IMG/VR virus record: IMGVR_UViG_3300031991_000010
Location: 1-59,551 of that record
From: a virus
Strand: one strand, 5' to 3'
Length of the DNA stretch: 59,551 bases
Shown: one piece after another, positions 53,276 to 59,551 of the stretch
Position numbering within the stretch: position 1 is the first letter of the stretch
Layout of the letters: each line of letters starts with the position of its first letter
Notes under the pieces: model-generated
Told to the model about the DNA's origin: nothing
Databases searched by the model: none
The model's input: only the letters and a program-made list of their open reading frames with translations
Translations under genes and position numbers: made by a program

Positions 53276-53439
53276 GTCATTACCTCCTTCAAGGCGACCA
53301 TAACAGCACCGCCAGCGACGGTGATCGCGCATCCGAACGCGATCAAACTGACGTCGCGTTGACCGCGCTGCGTGTGCAGCCACATCGCCACAAGGGTAAT
53401 CGCCAATGCGACCGCGCACATGACACCTACTTTGACCAT
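53263..53439 (-). CDS. Small membrane protein (58 aa, 2 TM)
   Basis: The ATG at 53439 overlaps the upstream stop (TGATG). Confidence 0.55.
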   Translation of the reverse strand: MVKVGVMCAVALAITLVAMWLHTQRGQRDVSLIAFGCAITVAGGAVMVALKEVMTWTP

Positions 53440-53702
53440 CAGCGGTGCTTGAACACCCCGTCGCGCACCCACATCACAGCCAGCGCCAGGCCGAGAGCGG
53501 CGAGGCCAGACCACAACACGCGGTGCGCGTTCGGAGCCGCCCACGCCGCCATAATCGCGGCGATAAACACGAGCACGATGGCGGCCAGCAAGAGCCCGCG
53601 CCAGGTCCACAGCGTGACCTTCTCCTGCATTTCGCGGGGCGCAGGAGGCTCGACCGCTGGCGTCGGCTCGACTGCCGGCACAGGCTTCACAATCTCAATC
53701 AT
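53439..53702 (-). CDS. Small membrane protein (87 aa, 2 TM)
   Basis: The ATG at 53702 overlaps the terS 3' end by 8 nt. Confidence 0.55.
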   Translation of the reverse strand: MIEIVKPVPAVEPTPAVEPPAPREMQEKVTLWTWRGLLLAAIVLVFIAAIMAAWAAPNAHRVLWSGLAALGLALAVMWVRDGVFKHR

Positions 53703-54492
53703 CTTCGCCCTCAAAGAACGGATCAACGGGATCGTCGCGCCACGGAGCCGGTGGCGGCGCATCCTGCGCCATCGTTTCACGTGAAACAACTACATTTGGA
53801 TCGTGTTCGATGATCTGCGGCGCAACATCGGCCTGCGCGCGCAGGAAGTACGCCACGCGCGTGGCCTCCTCGCGCGCCTTCAGCGCAGGATTTTCATCGA
53901 CAATACGCTCTTCAAACTCGCCTTCGATGATGCGCCCATCGCGGCCACGCGGACGATCATCGAGAATGTCGGCGAGCTTGGCGAGCGCCTTCATCTTGTC
54001 ATGCAACTTGACTTTGGTTTTGAGGATGATCTCGCCGCCATCCTCGGCGTCGTTGTCATCCTTCATCACCACGTCGGTCTCAATCGACTGGATCGCCGCG
54101 AAGTGATGCGGCTCCGCTTTCGAGAGATCGAGGTACGCGGACTTGCCGCGAACCTCGCTGATTTCACCGATGTTGCTGAAGGCTACCTTGGCGATCTCGG
54201 CGGTCACATCGGCGATTGTGGCGCCCGCCGCAGCCATCTTTCCGGCGCGGATCGACTGGCGGTAGAACTCAATTCGCGCCTGAATGCTATCATTCTCCAG
54301 CAGTCGATGCGCTGCCGTACTGCATGAATTGCGGGCGATCTTGCCACCACGCGCTTCGTAATACGCGCCAACATACGACATGCCCGACGCCACGTTGAAA
54401 CAGAAGTCGTCTTCGTGGTCTTTCAATTCACGAACGCGTTGAATGGTCTCCAATTCAGCGCCCGAATGAATAGGCTCATTCACCGGGTCCAT
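53695..54492 (-). CDS. terS: Terminase small subunit (Terminase_2-like)
   Basis: FNVASGMSYVGAYYEARGGKIARNSCSTAAHRLLENDSIQARI... and KVKLHDKMKALAKLADIL match the small-terminase pattern. Confidence 0.75.
   Translation of the reverse strand: MDPVNEPIHSGAELETIQRVRELKDHEDDFCFNVASGMSYVGAYYEARGGKIARNSCSTAAHRLLENDSIQARIEFYRQSIRAGKMAAAGATIADVTAEIAKVAFSNIGEISEVRGKSAYLDLSKAEPHHFAAIQSIETDVVMKDDNDAEDGGEIILKTKVKLHDKMKALAKLADILDDRPRGRDGRIIEGEFEERIVDENPALKAREEATRVAYFLRAQADVAPQIIEHDPNVVVSRETMAQDAPPPAPWRDDPVDPFFEGEDD
53774..53787. repeat. Perfect 14-bp palindrome GTTTCACGTGAAAC (copy 3)
   Basis: Near the 3' end of terS, where it encodes VSRET. Confidence 0.9.
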
Positions 54493-54894
54493 TCACGGGC
54501 TCCGCCCGCGATCAACGCCTGCGTCGTCGCCATAGTCAGCCTTATCCTCAATCGCAGCCTTCGCGCTGCCAATCGCTACGCCTTGGCCCACGGCCGCAGC
54601 CGTGGCCGCCACACGGGCTTCCTCGCCCGTACGCATGGCCCACGTAGCCCCGAAGAAGCCGAGCAACACGCCAACCCCGAGCCCCATGGAGAGCCCACGC
54701 CAACCGTGAAAACCCTGCACCGCCTTAATCGCGTCGATCTTCCCGTCGCCGTCCCGATCAAAGAAGCTCGGCTTGTGCCCGGGCGACGGCCGCAGCACCT
54801 CGGCCCGCACGGCGGTCGACGTGGAAGGCGGAAGCGGCGCCCCACGCACCGCCTTCGGCGCAACTTTCGCGGCTTGCTTGTCCTTCCACATCAC
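54493..54894 (-). CDS. Membrane protein with DxDxDG calcium-loop-like motif
   Basis: FFDRDGDGKIDAIKA followed by the TM GLSMGLGVGVLLGFFGATWA. Confidence 0.6.
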   Translation of the reverse strand: MMWKDKQAAKVAPKAVRGAPLPPSTSTAVRAEVLRPSPGHKPSFFDRDGDGKIDAIKAVQGFHGWRGLSMGLGVGVLLGFFGATWAMRTGEEARVAATAAAVGQGVAIGSAKAAIEDKADYGDDAGVDRGRSP

Positions 54895-55448
54895 CGGACA
54901 AGCCCGCTCTGAGGCGTGAGATTGTCCACCTCGATACCGCCGTTCAAAACGATCGGTTCAGCCGCCACCGGGAGCGCGGGGGGCTGGTCCTTTGTCCCGA
55001 TGGCGGCATCCCCCAGCCCGTCGCGTTCTGCGTCGGGAGCCAATGGCGTCATCGCCGTGAAGGGTTCGGCGTTGTCCAGCCGCATCATCGGCGCCGCCTT
55101 CAGCAACGCCACATCGGCCAGCGCATCGACAAGCTCGGCGATGGTGTAGCGCGTCGGCCGGTTGATCGAATTGAGCTTGGCGACGTCAGCACGAAGCTCG
55201 GTGCTTTGCTTGCTCAAAATATACCGCGTCTCGTAATGAGCATTCGCAAGGGACGAAATATCTTTCGAGAGCGCCGTGATCTCCCGCTGCCGCGCGTCGT
55301 CGCGCAGCTTCGCCGCGCCGGCCATCGTCTCAAGCTGTTCGAGGCGCTCCTCGTGCGACTTGATCGCGGTCTCCGTGACGCCGGTTGCGGCATCCACCTG
55401 GCGCAATGAACGACGACGCGCCGCAGCCTTCAATCCGAAATTCCACAT
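54891..55448 (-). CDS. Hypothetical coiled-coil protein (185 aa)
   Basis: ATG after GGAGGGCTGACC. Confidence 0.65.
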   Translation of the reverse strand: MWNFGLKAAARRRSLRQVDAATGVTETAIKSHEERLEQLETMAGAAKLRDDARQREITALSKDISSLANAHYETRYILSKQSTELRADVAKLNSINRPTRYTIAELVDALADVALLKAAPMMRLDNAEPFTAMTPLAPDAERDGLGDAAIGTKDQPPALPVAAEPIVLNGGIEVDNLTPQSGLVR

Positions 55449-55477
55449 GGTCAGCCCTCCAGTGGTGATGGTTTAAT

Positions 55478-55963
55478 TTACGCGCCGACAAGCGCTGCGC
55501 CAGGCGCATCCGTCAAGTCTGGAGCCATAACTTCGGCCAACGCATCAAACGCCAGCCGGATCGCCACATGCGACTTGCGTGCGTCGCCAAGGTCGGGACG
55601 CTCGGGCCGAACAAAGCCCGCCGACAGGGCGATCTGCGCCGGGGTCACCCCCTCGCACACCGCCGCGATCAAAGCCGCGCCAGTGGCCCCCACACGCGCC
55701 GTGAGCGCCTTCTCGACCTTGGTTCGACCGCCACCCCTCAGCCGATCAAACGCCTGCGCAGCGGCCACGTGCGACGGCCTCAGCACGCCGTCCGCGTAAA
55801 GCTGATCGAGGCACCCGCCTGGCCGGCGGATCAGCGGCGTATTGGCCGGCTTGGCTTTCCAGAACTGCGGCGGCACAGGGCGCTCCGCGTGGCGTTTCGT
55901 GAGCATCGTCTCGCGCTCGACCGGCGTCATGCGACGCGCCTCGGAAATCGCCGTCTTGCCCAT
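55478..55963 (-). CDS. Hypothetical protein, first gene of the late operon (possible regulator)
   Basis: Internal ATG at 55963 after AAAGGGG. The upstream part of the ORF-track ORF runs into the non-coding control region. Confidence 0.55.
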   Translation of the reverse strand: MGKTAISEARRMTPVERETMLTKRHAERPVPPQFWKAKPANTPLIRRPGGCLDQLYADGVLRPSHVAAAQAFDRLRGGGRTKVEKALTARVGATGAALIAAVCEGVTPAQIALSAGFVRPERPDLGDARKSHVAIRLAFDALAEVMAPDLTDAPGAALVGA

Positions 55964-56515
55964 TGCTGGCCCCTTTGTCCGCCCGAACACTGATGGGGGT
56001 GTGGTCGACGACGGGAAGGGAACTTGCCGCCGCCGACCATTGCCGCAGACCCCGCAGGCACGGAATCTGTCCATCAGCCCATGAAGCCAATCGCATTCGC
56101 AGCCGGCGTCAATCCGCGCCGCCAAGCGCCGGCCGGCCCGAAACCGGGCGCCAGAACCGATCTTCACGCAATTCATTCACGTCGAGGGAGTATGTATATG
56201 TCCTAAGGATTTCCAAGAAAATCAGACCCACTACCCTCGTGAATGAATATCGATATATATATGATAATTCCCATACCTCCCAAGGGCTATAGCCCCGCTC
56301 ACGAGCTTCACGGTCTTCACGTTTCAAAACCGAATTAAGGCAAACTGCCTTATTTCCCTGTGCATAACCCTGAAAAAGCCACAATCGAGTTTTTTTTCCT
56401 GAAACCCGTGAACCTCGCTGTCATGTTCGCGGCCCCGCAGGGCGACGGCGAAAAAAGTTTCGTGACACCTGAGTTATGCACAGTTTCGTGCGATAGTGGA
56501 CAAAATGCGGTCACG

Positions 56516-56546
56516 AAAAAACCCGCCACGAAACGACGGGGGCGGG
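56516..56546 (-). terminator. Rho-independent terminator (second of a tandem pair) ending the early operon
   Basis: Minus strand: CCCGCC - 13-nt loop - GGCGGG followed by TTTTTT. Confidence 0.55.
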
Positions 56547-56569
56547 CGCATCCCCACCCCCAAGACACG

Positions 56570-56602
56570 AAAAAGCCCGCCGACGCGGGCGCATCGACGG
56601 GC
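56570..56602 (-). terminator. Rho-independent terminator (first of a tandem pair) ending the early operon
   Basis: Minus strand: GCCCGTCGA - 10-nt loop - TCGGCGGGC (one mismatch) followed by TTTTT. Confidence 0.65.
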
Positions 56603-56635
56603 TTCGGGGCTTTCAGGGAAGGTCTCGATGGGGGA

Positions 56636-56836
56636 TCACGCCATGCGCACGCTCCGTCGCGGTGGGTGGCCGGGAGGAATCTGGCCGGGGGTCCATGGAA
56701 CCGCGCGCCAAGGGCCCGCGCAAGAGATTTGCGGCGCCGGTGCGTTGTCGTGCTCGACCACCTCGTCGACGACCTCAGACGGGGCGTAGGCGACGTTCTC
56801 GGGCCACCTGGCGTGTTGATCGGCGAAAGCTCTCAT
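56636..56836 (-). CDS. Hypothetical protein (66 aa)
   Basis: The ATG at 56836 overlaps the upstream stop (ATGA). Contains copy A of the 32-bp repeat. Confidence 0.45.
   Translation of the reverse strand: MRAFADQHARWPENVAYAPSEVVDEVVEHDNAPAPQISCAGPWRAVPWTPGQIPPGHPPRRSVRMA
56686..56717. repeat. 32-bp exact direct repeat, copy A
   Basis: cgggggtccatggaaccgcgcgccaagggccc, identical to 57121..57152. Confidence 0.95.
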
Positions 56837-57471
56837 TTGCGCGGCCGGCCCTTCCTGACCGCCTTCACCGCCGCCTTCGGCACAGCTTCCACTGCCTCGC
56901 ACTTCCCGCCCCGGCACCGCGACACGGGCATCTTGGTCTCACGGTCGACGCCAAGATCGGCGTCGCGCCCATAGATCGATCTATGGCAGCAATCGGTAAT
57001 GAACACCTGGCCGGCCGACGTCGGGTAGTTCGCCGCGACCGGCGTCCACAGCTTCACGCGGGCGAGCTTGGCGCGGGTAAACGCCAGGCGGCCGGCCTTG
57101 GTGTTCATGTTGAAGGTGGGCGGGGGTCCATGGAACCGCGCGCCAAGGGCCCCCGGAATATCGAGCGACCAATAGCCATCGCCACGGTCGCGCCACTCGC
57201 CAACTTTGATCGACTTTCCTTCCGGCGTCTCGACTTCCACGAAGCGCCCCGCCTCCGGCCCCGGCGGACCATCGAAGAGAATGCAAATCGTCTCGGGACC
57301 GTTCACCTCATCGGCCGGCCGCGCATGGTATGAGCGCAGCTTCCTTAGAGCCTCGATGACGCCTCTCGTCTCCTCATTGAATCCGAAAAGGGGATTCTTG
57401 TTTGCGAGCGCGTTGTACGCCGCCAGAATGTTATCGATCTGTTTGATCGTCAGAACCGGCTCATCACTCAT
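56833..57471 (-). CDS. Hypothetical protein (212 aa)
   Basis: Long ORF coupled on both sides. C-terminal Cys cluster and a basic tail. Confidence 0.7.
   Translation of the reverse strand: MSDEPVLTIKQIDNILAAYNALANKNPLFGFNEETRGVIEALRKLRSYHARPADEVNGPETICILFDGPPGPEAGRFVEVETPEGKSIKVGEWRDRGDGYWSLDIPGALGARFHGPPPTFNMNTKAGRLAFTRAKLARVKLWTPVAANYPTSAGQVFITDCCHRSIYGRDADLGVDRETKMPVSRCRGGKCEAVEAVPKAAVKAVRKGRPRK
57121..57152. repeat. 32-bp exact direct repeat, copy B
   Basis: Lies inside 56833..57471, in a different reading frame from copy A. Confidence 0.95.
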
Positions 57472-57803
57472 CCCACCACCTCATTCAGCCACTCCGGCCA
57501 CTCGGTCAGCACCACCGCGTGCGTGAACCCGTCGACCACGATATAGAACGCCGCCCTTGGCAACGCGTCTATCGCCACCATCGGCATGCCGCACACGTGC
57601 CCGACAATAGCGCCGGTCTTCACGCGGGCGGAACCCGTTCCAGTGACGATGTTGGTGAAATCACGCTCGGCCTCCCAAAACAACCGCTGAAACTCGTCAG
57701 GGTGTCCGGTGACGCAGAACGACATGGGCGCGGCCAGCGTCCGCCGCTCACGCTCGCGCAGCGTGCGCAAAATCTCATCGCGCAGCGCGAACAGCATGCT
57801 CAT
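57468..57803 (-). CDS. Hypothetical protein (111 aa)
   Basis: The internal ATG at 57803 overlaps the upstream micro-ORF stop (ATGA). Confidence 0.6.
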   Translation of the reverse strand: MSMLFALRDEILRTLRERERRTLAAPMSFCVTGHPDEFQRLFWEAERDFTNIVTGTGSARVKTGAIVGHVCGMPMVAIDALPRAAFYIVVDGFTHAVVLTEWPEWLNEVVG

Positions 57804-57934
57804 CTGCGCCTCTTTCTGTGCCTGCTCTCCATCAGCACCAACATGCCGACATAGCCGACCACGACGACGAGCGTCACGAACGGATCGATGCCGAGGGCGG
57901 CGATGAGGGAGAGGGTGAGCGCGCCGAGGATCAT
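57800..57934 (-). CDS. Micro-ORF encoding a 44-aa TM peptide
   Basis: MILGALTLSLIAALGIDPFVTLVVVVGYVGMLVLMESRHRKRRR*. ATGA overlaps at both ends. Not in the ORF track. Confidence 0.45.
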   Translation of the reverse strand: MILGALTLSLIAALGIDPFVTLVVVVGYVGMLVLMESRHRKRRR

Positions 57935-58017
57935 CCTTCAAACACCTCGAACGTCCGCAGGAACGACACGCACGCTGCAATCGAAACGATCAATACGATT
58001 AACAAAAACACGTTCAT
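57931..58017 (-). CDS. Micro-ORF encoding a 28-aa TM peptide
   Basis: MNVFLLIVLIVSIAACVSFLRTFEVFEG*. ATGA overlaps at both ends. Confidence 0.4.
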   Translation of the reverse strand: MNVFLLIVLIVSIAACVSFLRTFEVFEG

Positions 58018-58274
58018 GGAAGCCTCCCCTTTGCTGACGCGCCAATATGCGCCGCGCCGGTCTCGGTCACGACGAACTTCAGAAGCCGGCTGTTGTCGTC
58101 AAGCTCGCGCCTGGCCCATCCACGCCGGCAGAGCGCCGCCCACGCCTTGCCAATCGGCGAAGCCGCCTCAGCATAGTAGCGGTTGCGATGCGGGGCGCTG
58201 TGATGATCGTCGAGACCAAGCGCCTGGCGCATGATGCGCCGCTCAACGGGTGTCGGGACATACTCTCTAGCCAT
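58014..58274 (-). CDS. Hypothetical protein (86 aa)
   Basis: ORF in the coupled chain. Confidence 0.6.
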   Translation of the reverse strand: MAREYVPTPVERRIMRQALGLDDHHSAPHRNRYYAEAASPIGKAWAALCRRGWARRELDDNSRLLKFVVTETGAAHIGASAKGRLP

Positions 58275-58275
58275 G

Positions 58276-58482
58276 CTATTTGCCCTTCACTTCCAGCTTA
58301 ATCATTTCCCACGCGAGATCGGCCATTTCGTGATTGTTGGCCGCCGCGTAGTTCTCGAACTCCTGCACCGTGTCCGGTGACACGTACCGGGTCATGCAGT
58401 TCACGCACAGGTACTCTTCCATGCCCTCATCCTTGGCCTTCGACGGGCATCCGCGCACCATGCAACTCACTGTCTTCGCCAT
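58276..58482 (-). CDS. Small Cys-rich (zinc-ribbon-like) protein (68 aa)
   Basis: CMVRGC...CVNC. Confidence 0.6.
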   Translation of the reverse strand: MAKTVSCMVRGCPSKAKDEGMEEYLCVNCMTRYVSPDTVQEFENYAAANNHEMADLAWEMIKLEVKGK

Positions 58483-58509
58483 CTGTCAGCCCCTAAATGT
58501 AAACAAACT

Positions 58510-58947
58510 CTAAACAGCGCCAGCAATGATCTTGCGCGCCTCGTGGACGGCATAGCCGAGCCCGGTGGCGATCACCTTGCCGCTCTCGGCATACTTGCGC
58601 GAGGCCACGGCTACGCTGTAATCGAAATGCACGAGCCCCTTGGCGTGCAGCGTGCGGCAAAAGCCGTCCGTCTGCGCAGGGCTCACCTCCTCCGAAATCC
58701 AGATCGGCGCGACCGCCAGGCGGCCAAGCGTGTACGCCTCATCTTCCGTCAGGCTCTCGACCAACTCACGAATTTCCGGCCGCATTTGCGCCATCCTCAG
58801 ACCCTCTATCGCATCGGCCAGCATTAGGCGCAGACCGCTCGCGCGCTCTTCATAGAATTTCACATACGCCTCGGCGCTCCTCAGTCGGAGTTCCAGCCGC
58901 GTGACGCGTCGTTTGGCGTTGTAGAGAGCGGGGTCGGCGCTGATCAT
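58510..58947 (-). CDS. Hypothetical protein (145 aa)
   Basis: Long ORF with no family recognised. Confidence 0.65.
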   Translation of the reverse strand: MISADPALYNAKRRVTRLELRLRSAEAYVKFYEERASGLRLMLADAIEGLRMAQMRPEIRELVESLTEDEAYTLGRLAVAPIWISEEVSPAQTDGFCRTLHAKGLVHFDYSVAVASRKYAESGKVIATGLGYAVHEARKIIAGAV

Positions 58948-58951
58948 AAGA

Positions 58952-59134
58952 CTATCTCAACCTGTCAGCCTGGCGCGCCGCCTCGCTGCCATCATAGGCA
59001 ATCTGAAGGTCGGCCCACCGCGCCGTGATCACGAACAGATAAACGATCATCGACGCAACGATGACGCACAGAAGCGGAAGCGCCATGATGGCGAAACCAA
59101 TACCATAGACGATCCATGCAAGAATTTTCTTCAT
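58952..59134 (-). CDS. Small membrane protein (60 aa)
   Basis: The ATG at 59134 overlaps the upstream stop (ATGA). MKKILAWIVYGIGFAIMALPLLCVIVASMIVYLFVI. Confidence 0.6.
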   Translation of the reverse strand: MKKILAWIVYGIGFAIMALPLLCVIVASMIVYLFVITARWADLQIAYDGSEAARQADRLR

Positions 59135-59379
59135 GGCGGATTTCCTACTGTAAGCGCAATCGGCGGCTGACCACCCCAAACCTTAACCTCAATTTTGCCG
59201 CCGGCCACGATGCGCATGATCTCATCCGGCGACGGCTCCCACGCGCTCGTGAACGTGCGCCCATCGCCGGCCGCTTCTATCCTCACGGCCAGGCCGACGC
59301 ACTTCCCATCGCGCGCCTCATCCCAACCGGGAGGTGCGCCGAGAATGCGGGTAAAGTTTTAAATGCGAACGGGGAGCAT
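59131..59379 (-). pseudogene. Small gene with an in-frame TAA at codon 7 (or a shorter CDS starting at GTG 59286)
   Basis: ATG at 59379 sits 10 nt after AAGGAG. It reads MLPVRI-TAA-NFTRILGAPPGWDEARDGKCVGLAVRIEAAGDGRTFTSAWEPSPDEIMRIVAGGKIEVKVWGGQPPIALTVGNPP*. Confidence 0.4.
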
Positions 59380-59383
59380 CGCC

Positions 59384-59551
59384 TCAGTGCTCCTTCATAG
59401 GGCCGCCGATGGGACGGTCATCCTCAACAGGGATTTTAACATATTCCATCGTGGTTGCGATGCACACTGGCGACCGCCAACGATGATCCTTTGCGATGGC
59501 GGGGCCCAAAGTGTTGTCCATCCACCAAATGATCTCCTCGCCTTCTTGGCG
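59384..59551 (-). CDS. 3' part of the junction-spanning gene (same gene as 1..127)
   Basis: ...GPAIAKDHRWRSPVCIATTMEYVKIPVEDDRPIGGPMKEH* with stop at 59384..59386. 59497..59551 duplicates 1..55. Confidence 0.6.
   Translation of the reverse strand, partial: RQEGEEIIWWMDNTLGPAIAKDHRWRSPVCIATTMEYVKIPVEDDRPIGGPMKEH
59497..59551. repeat. Terminal direct repeat, copy 2 (identical to 1..55)
   Basis: Exact 55-bp match to the window start. Confidence 0.95.

Larger units (their letters stand above)
56171..56635. promoter_or_regulatory. Large structured non-coding region between the early-operon terminators and the late operon
   Basis: Low-G+C core with (TA)n. Inverted repeat at 56171..56181 / 56238..56248. 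Palindrome AAGGCAAACTGCCTT (56338..56352). Inverted repeat GTTATGCACAG at 56358..56368 / 56473..56483. GTTTCGTG/CACGAAA repeats. Confidence 0.7.

Noticed and set aside
56109-56384. A 91-aa ORF in the low-G+C region
   Set aside because: It runs through inverted repeats and the (TA)n tract. It has an odd composition (Tyr/Arg/Glu/Leu runs), no RBS and no coupling. It is treated as non-coding regulatory DNA.
56686-57152. The 32-bp direct repeats as attP or attachment-site remnants
   Set aside because: No integrase, excisionase or repressor is recognisable in the genome. Both copies are internal to the early operon.
57468-57803. An HPD tripeptide (VTGHPDEFQ) as a possible J-domain partner for the Hsp70
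   Set aside because: The surrounding sequence lacks the helix II/III pattern of J-domains (no ..Y..LG....A...I..AYR.L....HPDK). It is probably coincidental.
59344-59365. ATTTAAAAC near the in-frame TAA as a programmed -1 frameshift site
   Set aside because: The downstream protein-like frame is the same frame as the ATG. A frameshift would leave the coding frame rather than enter it.
1-59551. Search by eye for tRNA genes, CRISPR arrays, an integrase, a DNA polymerase or a T7-type RNA polymerase
   Set aside because: No cloverleaf-like conserved arms (e.g. GGTTCGAATCC), no repeat-spacer arrays and no matching catalytic motifs were seen. Absence cannot be proven without tRNAscan or profile searches.

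Overview
The window is best read as one complete, circularly closed genome of a high-G+C tailed phage. The first 55 bp (1..55) are identical to the last 55 bp (59497..59551), and a small gene reads straight across that junction, so the unique unit is 59,496 bp. Nearly all genes lie on the minus strand in two long, tightly coupled operons with many ATGA/TGATG/GTGA start-stop overlaps. (1) An early/replication operon starts at a divergent control region (12876..12973), runs leftward through coordinate 1, wraps to the right end, and stops at tandem terminators near 56,520-56,600. It encodes a Cro/YdaS-like regulator, RusA, a Sak4-like ATPase, a DUF669-like SSB, a Cas4-like exonuclease, an SF2 helicase interrupted by a LAGLIDADG intein, a PrimPol-DUF3987 primase and many small proteins. 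(2) A late operon runs from about 55,963 down to 15,965. It encodes TerS, three small membrane proteins, TerL, a T7-like structural series (portal, scaffold, capsid, tail tubular A, a split tail tubular B, internal proteins), two giant polyvalent proteins (1762 and 2650 aa), a collagen-repeat fibre, a beta-helix tailspike and overlapped spanins. It ends in a cassette built around a lidless Hsp70. A short rightward accessory cluster (12974..15835) carries a GIY-YIG homing endonuclease with an out-of-frame NUMOD3 tail. I could not recognise a DNA polymerase, RNA polymerase, integrase, tRNA, CRISPR array, canonical endolysin or holin. The items most worth follow-up are the Hsp70 plus membrane-protein cassette, the paired polyvalent giants, the intein, a 14-bp perfect palindrome (GTTTCACGTGAAAC) recurring across the genome, a 16-nt early-region motif, and the structured 460-bp non-coding region at 56.2-56.6 kb. 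All family assignments come from motif recognition by eye, not from database searches.
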